Shown here in pieces: positions 7,550 to 15,158 of a stretch of DNA of 35,103 bases. The stretch comes from Dehalococcoidales bacterium (GTDB lineage Bacteria; Chloroflexota; Dehalococcoidia; Dehalococcoidales; UBA5627). A model generated the notes under the pieces. The model made no database searches, was not told the origin of the DNA, and saw only the letters and a program-made list of their open reading frames with translations. The stretch spans positions 1-35,103 of the forward strand of contig JAAYNN010000001.1 in the NCBI GenBank assembly GCA_012520835.1, in the 5' to 3' direction. How positions within the stretch are numbered: position 1 is the stretch's first letter; the number at the start of each line of letters is the position of its first letter. The position numbers and the translations under genes were made by a program.

Positions 7550-10116
7550 TTCAATTCGATGACCGAGCCGTTGGGCGTCTTGGTGACGTTGATGCGGCTG
7601 GGGAAGGCGTCTTTCAACTCATCGATATGAGTGATGACAATAATTTTCTCAAAGTCATACCTGATGGAGTTGATGGCCTGCTTGATTTTCTCGATGCCGG
7701 TGCTATCCAGCGTTCCGAATCCCTCGTCTATAATCAGGGTAGGCAGAGGAGCGCCGGCTCTTTTAGCCAGCAGTTTCGAAAGGGCAATGCGGATGGAAAA
7801 GTCGATTCGGAATGCCTCGCCTCCGCTGTAGGTTTCGTAGGGCCTGGCTCCAAATTCATCCGCGATAATAATCTCCAGTGTTTCCTGCACATCGCCCTTC
7901 TTGGTCGGTTTTTGCGTATCGAATTTGACGTGCATGCGGTTATCGGTCATTCTTCCCAGCAGTTCATTGGCTTCGTTTTCAATATCCGGCAGGGCGGTTT
8001 CGATTAACAGCATCTGGATGCCTTTTTTACCGAAAGCCTGTGCCAGCTCGCTGTAGATGGATACCTCTTTCGAAATGGTGGATAACTGTGCTTCCTTTTC
8101 CTTTTTCTTTTTTTCCTGGTTTTGCAGGTGTTCCAGTTTTCCCTTGAGGTTGCCGTTTTTTTCCTGCGCCTCTTTTTGCCGTGCGGAAATCTTTTTTAAT
8201 TCGTCTTCCGCCTTTTGCGTATCGATTTCCAGTTGCGGCAGGGCTTCCAGTTCTTTCTCGATGCCCCTTTTCTTATCGTTATCCCTTTCAAGCTGTTTTT
8301 GCAGTTCTTCCGATGCTGATACCGCCTTGGCTAAATCATCTTTTTCAGCCGCTAACAGCCTTTCCGCCTCTTCCAGGTGGCGTTTTTTAGCCTCGAATTC
8401 TTGTAATTCCGCCAGCCTTTTGGAGGCTTCGCGATGCTTTTCGCTGTCATATTTGAGCAATGCGATTTTCCCGTCCAGGGCCTTTAATTCTTTTTGTTCC
8501 GGGGAAGCAAAATCACCCGCTGCCAGCTTATTTTCGACGTCTTTAAGCATCTGTTTTTGATTTTCCAGTTTACTGCCGGCATCGCTGGCATCTTCGATGG
8601 CCTGCGCCAGGCTGCCGACCCTCTTTTGCAGCCATTCACGGTTGTTCTTCAGTTCGGCTTCTTCCGCTGCCAGTTCTTTTTCGATGATTTTAATTTCGTT
8701 AAGATTGGTATTTATTTCGGAATCCTTGCCAGTAATCAGACCGCTTTTTGTTTTGCGGTCATTTTCGAATTTTGCCCTGATGATATTCAGCCCTTCTGTT
8801 CCCAGTACCGTTTCGCAGAGCGGGCATTTATTTCTACCCTCTTTGCAGAGCAGGTTGAGCTTCTCGTCGATTTCTCCGATTTCCAGCTTCATTTTTTCCT
8901 GTTCGCCTCTTAACCGCTGAACGGTTGCCAGTAATGATTGTCTCTTTTCCTTTTTATTGTCGAAGGCTTTTTCCTTGGCTTCCAGTCTGGGTTTGGCTTC
9001 TTCGATTTTCGCCAGTTCATCTTTATACTGCGCCAGTTTCTGCGCCTTGTTTTCGAGGTCTTCAATGGTCTTTTTAAGAATGGACTGATTATTTACAAGG
9101 CCGGAACGCGCCTTTTCGATGCTTTGTTCCAGAATTCGGTGGTGGTCTTTTAAGCTGTTAAGTTGCTGCAGTTTGCTGTTGAAGTCATCGCACTGAGCCT
9201 TTACGCTGCTGAAATCTGCATAACCGCTTTCGATTTCCTGCCGCTTGGCTAGTAAATCCTCGTATTCCTTAATCTGCTTTTCGTGCTGGCCGATTTCGTT
9301 TTGGCGCACTGATAATTGTCTATTATTGGAGGCGATATATTCTTCCAGTTGTTTTGACTGCTGTTTTTTGTTTTCCAGCGCCTGTTTTTTGTGCCTGAGG
9401 GCATCGAATTCAGACTGCTTTTCTTTTACCTCTTTATCAATCTGTGCCAAATTGATTTTAGCCTGTTCGAATTCGTTTTCCAGTTCGGATTTCGCGGCAA
9501 GTTCGGCATCTATGTCGCGGATGGTGCTTTCCAGCAGGGTTCTTTCAGCCTGCTGCCCGCGTGTCTTTTCGCGTGCCTTTTCCTCCAGCCTGTCGTAAAT
9601 ATCCAGTCCGAGTATATTGGAAAGAACTTCCTTGCGTTTGGCCGGCTGCTGGCGGGTGAATTCGTCGGCGTTCCCCTGCCGTAAAAAGGCGCTGTTAATG
9701 AATGTATCGTAGTCCATGTGCAGGATATCGATGATTTTCTGCTCGGTTTCGCGGATGATATTGCCGGAGATGGTTTTAAAGCCTTCCTCATCCTTTATCA
9801 TCAGGTCGAGGCTGCTCTGACCGGCGCCTGTGGCTTTTTTAGGGCGGGCGCGCTTGCGGATGACGCGGTAAAGCTGTTCTCCCGACTTGAAATCGAATTC
9901 TACGGTTGCCTCGGTCTCCCAGAGGTGGATAACGTCATCATCCCTCTTAGCGCGTGTCTTTCCCCATAATGCCCATGTCATGGCATCGACGATGGCCGAT
10001 TTGCCGTTGCCGTTATCGCCGCAGATGCAGGCGGTCTGTATGCCCTCGAATGAAAACGAGGGCATATCCCCGCGGTAGGGCATGAAGTTGCGTATCTTTA
10101 ACCTGACTGGAATCAT
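7546..10116 (-). CDS. sbcC: SbcC/Rad50-family SMC-like ATPase with zinc hook
   Basis: 856 aa. N-terminal MIPVRLKIRNFMPY...GDNGNGKSAIVDAM (Walker A), a long K/E-rich coiled coil with a central CPLC hook, and a C-terminal YSGGEAFRIDFSIRIAL signature with Walker B LIIDEGFGTLD. No sbcD/mre11 on either side. Confidence 0.85.
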   Translation of the reverse strand: MIPVRLKIRNFMPYRGDMPSFSFEGIQTACICGDNGNGKSAIVDAMTWALWGKTRAKRDDDVIHLWETEATVEFDFKSGEQLYRVIRKRARPKKATGAGQSSLDLMIKDEEGFKTISGNIIRETEQKIIDILHMDYDTFINSAFLRQGNADEFTRQQPAKRKEVLSNILGLDIYDRLEEKAREKTRGQQAERTLLESTIRDIDAELAAKSELENEFEQAKINLAQIDKEVKEKQSEFDALRHKKQALENKKQQSKQLEEYIASNNRQLSVRQNEIGQHEKQIKEYEDLLAKRQEIESGYADFSSVKAQCDDFNSKLQQLNSLKDHHRILEQSIEKARSGLVNNQSILKKTIEDLENKAQKLAQYKDELAKIEEAKPRLEAKEKAFDNKKEKRQSLLATVQRLRGEQEKMKLEIGEIDEKLNLLCKEGRNKCPLCETVLGTEGLNIIRAKFENDRKTKSGLITGKDSEINTNLNEIKIIEKELAAEEAELKNNREWLQKRVGSLAQAIEDASDAGSKLENQKQMLKDVENKLAAGDFASPEQKELKALDGKIALLKYDSEKHREASKRLAELQEFEAKKRHLEEAERLLAAEKDDLAKAVSASEELQKQLERDNDKKRGIEKELEALPQLEIDTQKAEDELKKISARQKEAQEKNGNLKGKLEHLQNQEKKKKEKEAQLSTISKEVSIYSELAQAFGKKGIQMLLIETALPDIENEANELLGRMTDNRMHVKFDTQKPTKKGDVQETLEIIIADEFGARPYETYSGGEAFRIDFSIRIALSKLLAKRAGAPLPTLIIDEGFGTLDSTGIEKIKQAINSIRYDFEKIIVITHIDELKDAFPSRINVTKTPNGSVIELN

Positions 10117-10159
10117 TTGAGTTTATTTTAGCATAGTTGGGGTAATTATTTTCTACTAA

Positions 10160-10321
10160 TTATGTTTGCTTCATTCTAAGTAGTTGAATAAAGCCGATGA
10201 CGATAACAGCAAATACCGCTGTCATTATAGTATAAATCGGTAAATATATGCTGGCTATATAGATTATCAGCCATTCTGCAATTATTCCCGGTACTATCAT
10301 TAAGCCAGTTATTATTTTCAT
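10160..10321 (-). CDS. possible 53-aa small membrane protein (hypothetical)
   Basis: Below the ORF-track cutoff. Translation: MKIITGLMIVPGIIAEWLIIYIASIYLPIYTIMTAVFAVIVIGFIQLLRMKQT, with two hydrophobic helices. It sits 43 nt upstream of and co-directional with the SbcC-like gene. Against it: no clear SD, a very AT-rich sequence and many ATA codons. Confidence 0.25.
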   Translation of the reverse strand: MKIITGLMIVPGIIAEWLIIYIASIYLPIYTIMTAVFAVIVIGFIQLLRMKQT

Positions 10322-10332
10322 CGCCGTTATGG

Positions 10333-10436
10333 TTCGACAGGCTCACCACGAACGGTTTTGGAAATAGACACGCAAAGATGGTTTGAGTCTGTCATGCTGA
10401 ATTCGTGAAGGACGAATGAAGCATCTGGGGTGGGGT
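10333..10436 (+). repeat. 104-nt structured intergenic repeat, copy B
   Basis: Same length and same orientation as 6822-6925. Hairpin: ATGCT(10394-10398)-GA-ATTCG(10401-10405)-loop-CGAAT(10413-10417)-GA-AGCAT(10420-10424). The inner stem differs from copy A by a compensatory G:C to A:T change. Confidence 0.75.
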
Positions 10437-10445
10437 AATGAAGCT

Positions 10446-10544
10446 GTTATGGTTCGATCCCGACCTGTCGGGATTTCGTTCCGAACTACGGAACTCAACA
10501 TCCTCCGATATACTCAAGACGGACATCACGAACGGCTCTGGGGA
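10446..10544 (+). repeat. degenerate second repeat unit (partial duplicate of the 5' module)
   Basis: GTTATGGTTCGA (10446-10457) repeats 10326-10337. CATCACGAACGG (10524-10535) echoes CACCACGAACGG (10344-10355). It contains the palindrome TCCCGACctGTCGGGA (about 10458-10473). Confidence 0.4.
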
Positions 10545-10562
10545 TGAACAAATATGGCAAAT

Positions 10563-10614
10563 AAAAAATCCGCTCGCCCAGAGCTTGTCAAAGGGTCATC
10601 GAGCGGATTTTTTT
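10563..10614 (-). terminator. rho-independent terminator after rpoD (bidirectional in form)
   Basis: The 9-bp stem ATCCGCTCG (10568-10576) / CGAGCGGAT (10600-10608) is flanked by an A-run (10563-10568) and a T-run (10608-10614). It lies 22 nt past the rpoD stop. The loop is large (23 nt) but has extra internal CCC/GGG pairing. Confidence 0.6.
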
Positions 10615-10635
10615 ATACGGCTAATAATCTAAGGA

Positions 10636-12168
10636 TTATTCTAAATAATCCTTCAGCTTGCGGCTGCGGGTGGGGTGGCGCAGTTTACGCAGCGCCTTGG
10701 CCTCGATTTGTCGGATGCGTTCACGGGTAACGTTGAACTCGCGTCCGACCTCTTCCAGCGTGCGGCTGCGTCCATCTTCCAGGCCGAACCGGAGCTGCAA
10801 TACACGCCTCTCCCTCGGCGTCAGGCTCTCCAACACATCCTCGATTTGCTCTTTTAAGAGCTGGCGGGAGGCGGCATCGGGGGGCGGCAGGGCGTTCTGG
10901 TCCTCTATAAAGTCGCCCAAATGGCTGTCCTCTTCCTCACCGATGGGGGCTTCCAGCGAAATCGGCAGTTGCGATACTTTGATGATTTCCCTGACCTTTT
11001 CCGATGAAAACTCCAGTTCGTCTCCGATTTCCTTGGGTGTCGGTTCGCGCCCCAGTTCCTGTGAGAGGTTGCGGCTGACGCTTAAGAGTTTATTTATTGT
11101 TTCTACCATGTGCACGGGGATGCGGATGGTGCGTGCCTGGTCGGCAATGGCGCGGGTAATGGCCTGGCGTATCCACCATGTGGCATAGGTGCTGAATTTG
11201 TAGCCGCGGTGATAATCAAATTTTTCAACGGCGCGTATCAGCCCCATGTTGCCTTCCTGCAACAGGTCGAGTAGCGGCATGCCGCGCCCGATATGCTTTT
11301 TAGCTACGCTGACAACCAGCCTCAGGTTGGCTTCGATTAAATGCTTTTCGGCTTTATCCGCTTCCTTTATCAATTCGTTTATATAAGCCTGGAAATTATC
11401 TTCATATACGCTGACAGAATCGATAAAGGTCTGATCGGTCGTCAATTTCTCTATATCGGCCGAATCGATGTTATCATCAATGGCAGCCAGAAAGTCCTTC
11501 GGTAACAGGCTGATATTGAGATAGAGGTTGATGATGGCCTGCTCGATATCAGATACCGGCTGCCCGGTCTTCTGGGCGATATTCTGCGTCAACCTCTGGT
11601 CGATTTCGTTAGAGATGCTTTTTATGAGTGTCTCGTCTGATATATCTTCTTTAAAGTTTTTGCCCGGCTTGATTTCCAGTTCTTCTTGCAAAAGGTGCAG
11701 GATATTCATCAGCTTCGAAAGGTCTTTCAGCATGCATAATATGATTTCGGTTGCCGTGGGGGTTCGTCCGCTTTTAGCAAAACAGCTTTCCTCGATTTCC
11801 TTAACACGTTTGCCTGCCTCCATTTTCTGGGCCAGTGTTTTTTCATCGTCTGCGGTAAGCAGCGTTACCCGTCCGATTTCATGCAGATACATGCGTACGG
11901 GATCATCGACGATGCCCGGTTCATCGCCGGCATCCATTAATGCCAGTTTGGCATCCTGTTCGGCCGATGAATCCTCTTCCTCGAGTTCCTCTTTAGTAGG
12001 ATCGAACTCATCCTCGGTTATTGTCTCGGAATCGAATTCCTCTTCGGCAGCCTCTTCCTCAACGGATTCCTCTTCTTTTTCCGCGTCCTTCGCTTCTTCC
12101 AGTTCTATATCGACTTTCTTCTTAGGCTTTTCTGTTTTTTTGCTTTTCTTGCTGTTTTCCTGTTTCAT
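10636..12168 (-). CDS. rpoD: RNA polymerase primary sigma factor (sigma70/RpoD)
   Basis: 510 aa. Region 1.2 [13 protein letters not shown], region 2 [15 protein letters not shown]...[29 protein letters not shown], region 3 IRIPVHM, region 4 VLQLRFGL...[29 protein letters not shown]-terminal Lys-rich then strongly acidic tract, plus an insertion between regions 1.2 and 2. GAGGAG RBS 6 nt upstream of the ATG. The start lies 47 nt inside the dnaG 3' end. Confidence 0.95.
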   Translation of the reverse strand: MKQENSKKSKKTEKPKKKVDIELEEAKDAEKEEESVEEEAAEEEFDSETITEDEFDPTKEELEEEDSSAEQDAKLALMDAGDEPGIVDDPVRMYLHEIGRVTLLTADDEKTLAQKMEAGKRVKEIEESCFAKSGRTPTATEIILCMLKDLSKLMNILHLLQEELEIKPGKNFKEDISDETLIKSISNEIDQRLTQNIAQKTGQPVSDIEQAIINLYLNISLLPKDFLAAIDDNIDSADIEKLTTDQTFIDSVSVYEDNFQAYINELIKEADKAEKHLIEANLRLVVSVAKKHIGRGMPLLDLLQEGNMGLIRAVEKFDYHRGYKFSTYATWWIRQAITRAIADQARTIRIPVHMVETINKLLSVSRNLSQELGREPTPKEIGDELEFSSEKVREIIKVSQLPISLEAPIGEEEDSHLGDFIEDQNALPPPDAASRQLLKEQIEDVLESLTPRERRVLQLRFGLEDGRSRTLEEVGREFNVTRERIRQIEAKALRKLRHPTRSRKLKDYLE

Positions 12169-13945
12169 TAATGACTCCTCTATATAGACCGCCCTCCGAC
12201 ATTTTGGTAAAGACCTCTCTCAGTTCGTTGCTGACCTCGATTCCCTGTTCCTCCAGCTTGTTGAGCTCGGCCATACTGCCTTTGGATTCCGCTTCAGCGG
12301 CAAAAATCACTTCTCGCTTCATTTCAAGCCCGCGCAGGTACTTTTCATGCAACCTCAGGGTGCAGACCGACATCTTCTGCTCGATTTTATCGGATGGCAC
12401 TTCTTTTTTTAACAGATCATCCAGGTAATCCCAGATGGTATAATCCAGCATACTTTTAATTGCTTCCGTATCTTCCGTTTGCGAAAGCGCCATAAAAATT
12501 TCACGGTTTTCGCTGTTTTCGAAATACTCCGGTTTAAGCCTGTGTTTAAAGTATTTAAGTTTAGGGAATTGCAGCAATAACGTCAAGCAGTATTCCTCAA
12601 TAGGCTGTGAAAATGCCGGACGGATTGTTGCAGCGGGGCGGGATTTATCCTTTTTGTTGCCGTATTCATTATATTTTATAGGTTTTTTAACCATTGTTTC
12701 AAGTTCGCGTACTCTGACGCCGACCAGCCGCGATAGTTTTTGCAGGTAGTGCGCCCGACGAATACGGTCTTCGATTTCCGCGATGATCGGCATCAACCTG
12801 CCCGCAGCAATTGTTTTATCTTTAGCGGTAGACATGTTCAGTTTCGAGGTTACCATATCGAAGGTATAATCGATTACCGGAATCGAATCTGCCACCAGCT
12901 TTTTCCACATCGATTCATCTTTGCGTATTACATCATCCGGATCAACACCCGGCGGCATAATGGCAACTTTAATTTCGTTGCCGATCAAGTTCTCATATTC
13001 CACACAGCGCAGCATTGCTTCTTCACCGGCGGCATCCGAATCCAGCGACAGCACCAGATTTTTGGTAAATTTCTTTACCATATTCATCTGTTTATCGGTA
13101 ACAGCCGTTCCCATGGAAGCCACCACATTGTTAAAACCGTACTGGTGAGCCATAATAACGTCCATGTAACCTTCAACCAGCACTGCCAAATCCTGTTTGC
13201 GTATCGATTGGCTTGCCAGGTGGATGCCGTAGAGGTTGCCGCTCTTATCGAAGATGGGGGACTGGGGGGAGTTGATGTACTTGGCCTGATTCTCTTCGAA
13301 TGTCCTGCCGCCGAATCCGCAGCACCTGCCGCGAATATCCGTAATCGGAAACATCAGGCGGTTGCGGAAGACGTCATGTGAATCTTTGCCTTCTATTTTA
13401 GTTATCACTCCAGCTTCCAGAAGCTCTTTTTCCGTAAAACCTTTATCCAGCAGGTAAACTTTCAGGGCGTCGCGGCTGTTCAGGCTGAAACCGAGTTGGA
13501 AATCTCTGATTGCTTTATCGTTCAGGCCCCTTTTTAAGACATAGCTCCTGGCTTTTTCTCCGTAATCGGTATTAATCAAAATATTGTGAAAATACCGGGC
13601 TGCCGTCTGGTTAACCTGATAGAGCTTATCGAATTTGTCTTTGTCCTCTTTTTGCCTGCCCATAACCGGCACTTCGACGCCGGCTTTTTCGGCAAGCATG
13701 CGTAAGGCATCGCCGAAATCGATGTTCTGCTGTTTCATGATAAAGGAAAAGACGTCGCCGCCTTCGTTGCAGGCACCGAAACAGTGCCACCTTTGCTGGT
13801 CAGGATAGATAAAAAATGAGCCGTGCTTCTCGCTGTGGAAGGGGCATAAGCCCTTGAGGTTTTTACCGGCTCTGGTCAACCTGGTGTATTGACCGACGAT
13901 TTCAACGATGTCGCTTTTCTGTTTTACTTCTTCGATAATGTTCAT
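12122..13945 (-). CDS. dnaG: DNA primase
   Basis: 607 aa. Zinc-binding [25 protein letters not shown], then a TOPRIM region LVEGYMDVI...[12 protein letters not shown]. Conserved dnaG-rpoD order. Confidence 0.95.
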   Translation of the reverse strand: MNIIEEVKQKSDIVEIVGQYTRLTRAGKNLKGLCPFHSEKHGSFFIYPDQQRWHCFGACNEGGDVFSFIMKQQNIDFGDALRMLAEKAGVEVPVMGRQKEDKDKFDKLYQVNQTAARYFHNILINTDYGEKARSYVLKRGLNDKAIRDFQLGFSLNSRDALKVYLLDKGFTEKELLEAGVITKIEGKDSHDVFRNRLMFPITDIRGRCCGFGGRTFEENQAKYINSPQSPIFDKSGNLYGIHLASQSIRKQDLAVLVEGYMDVIMAHQYGFNNVVASMGTAVTDKQMNMVKKFTKNLVLSLDSDAAGEEAMLRCVEYENLIGNEIKVAIMPPGVDPDDVIRKDESMWKKLVADSIPVIDYTFDMVTSKLNMSTAKDKTIAAGRLMPIIAEIEDRIRRAHYLQKLSRLVGVRVRELETMVKKPIKYNEYGNKKDKSRPAATIRPAFSQPIEEYCLTLLLQFPKLKYFKHRLKPEYFENSENREIFMALSQTEDTEAIKSMLDYTIWDYLDDLLKKEVPSDKIEQKMSVCTLRLHEKYLRGLEMKREVIFAAEAESKGSMAELNKLEEQGIEVSNELREVFTKMSEGGLYRGVINETGKQQEKQKNRKA

Positions 13946-14117
13946 ACTTCAAAGTAATTATACAATATATTTAACCGATATGCCCGAAAAAAGTATTTAT
14001 TTTATCAACTAATCAATATCTATACTGCTGAAGGGAAAGCGAAACGGTCAAAAAAGTCTTTTTAGTTATATGGATTAGGCTAAATTACAGTCATAAGTAA
14101 GGCGAATTGAGAATGCG

Positions 14118-15158
14118 TTAAAGCGCCATATTTTTTGCCAGGTTGGTAGCATAATGGTCCGTCATGCCGGCGATATAATCTACCACGCATCTTTCGGCTT
14201 CATCGCTGAAGTGCAGATATTCGGGCGGCATTTCATGCGGATGCTTTAAAAAATGCCTGTAGAGACTGGTAACGATTCCCCTGGCTTCGATAGCTTCGCG
14301 TTCCCTGGATTGCAAGCGATAGACCTTTTCGAAGAGGTAGCTTCTCAACTCACTGGTGGCGGCAAGTATTTCATCGCTCATCTTGATGGTTGGCCCTGTC
14401 TTGATATCCCCGAGCCCGGTAGCCGCCCATGAATTTTCGATGATATCGCAGACCATGGTATTGACGCGCTCTCCATGGGATTTTCCCAGTATTTTTAAAG
14501 TGGAAGCAGGCAGATCGTTCTCTGTGATAATTCCAGCCCGGATAGCGTCACCGATATCATGATTGACATAAGCAATCAGGTCGGATATTTTACAGATTTC
14601 ACCCTCCAGCGTACCCACCGCTCCCCAGTTTTCTCCGTACATATTGTCTTCCGGCTTGGAGTGGTTCAATATGCCGTCCCTGACTTCCCAGGACAGGTTC
14701 AATCCTTGTCCGTCTTTTTCAATGACATCCACCACTCTCAGGCTCTGTTGATTATGGCGAAATCCCTTATGATATAGCTCATTCAAGACGTCTTCTCCGA
14801 TATGTCCGAACGGGGTATGACCGAGGTCATGACCCAAACTGATGGCTTCCGTCAGGTCTTCGTTCAAGTTGAGCGAGCGGGCAATGGTTCTTGCCAGTTG
14901 TGAAACCTCCAGCGTATGGGTCAGACGGGTAACATAGTGGTCACCGGAAGGCGCGATAAAAACCTGAGTCTTGTGCTTTAAACGGCGAAAAGCCTTGCAG
15001 TGAATTATTCTATCGCGGTCGCGCTGAAAAGCTGTACGGATGGGGCAGGGGGCTTCGTCGCGGAGTCTGCCCCTGGATAAAACGCTTTGAGCTGCAAACG
15101 GCGAAAGCTGCAGCTCGCGTTCTTCAATTCTCTGACGGATGTTAAGCCGTTGTATCAT
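14118..15158 (-). CDS. dgt: dGTPase-like deoxynucleoside triphosphate triphosphohydrolase (HD domain)
   Basis: 346 aa. RTAFQRDRDRIIHCKAFRRLKHKTQVF, THTLEVSQLARTIAR and LGHDLGHTPFGH are typical of the Dgt/SAMHD1-like family. The start overlaps the ppsA stop as TAATG. Confidence 0.85.
   Translation of the reverse strand: MIQRLNIRQRIEERELQLSPFAAQSVLSRGRLRDEAPCPIRTAFQRDRDRIIHCKAFRRLKHKTQVFIAPSGDHYVTRLTHTLEVSQLARTIARSLNLNEDLTEAISLGHDLGHTPFGHIGEDVLNELYHKGFRHNQQSLRVVDVIEKDGQGLNLSWEVRDGILNHSKPEDNMYGENWGAVGTLEGEICKISDLIAYVNHDIGDAIRAGIITENDLPASTLKILGKSHGERVNTMVCDIIENSWAATGLGDIKTGPTIKMSDEILAATSELRSYLFEKVYRLQSREREAIEARGIVTSLYRHFLKHPHEMPPEYLHFSDEAERCVVDYIAGMTDHYATNLAKNMAL

Noticed and set aside
8057-9684. 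Long plus-strand ORFs (8057-8560, 8494-8913, 8597-8920, 9245-9598, 9391-9684) antisense to the SbcC-like gene
   Set aside because: They are low-complexity S/F/L-rich translations produced by the reverse complement of a K/E-rich coiled-coil coding region. They overlap one another, match no recognisable motif and have no RBS.
6822-10544. A CRISPR array or IS/transposon ends
   Set aside because: There are only two full copies, 3.4 kb apart, with no regular repeat-spacer periodicity. No cas gene, transposase gene or terminal inverted repeats with a target-site duplication are present.
10438-10632. A 64-aa plus-strand ORF in the sbcC-rpoD spacer
   Set aside because: It is made up entirely of the degenerate repeat unit and the rpoD terminator hairpin. 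It has no RBS and no protein-like features.
11528-12187. A 219-aa plus-strand ORF antisense to rpoD
   Set aside because: The Ser-rich low-complexity product is the mirror of the acidic and Lys-rich rpoD N-terminus. The rpoD frame is unambiguous.
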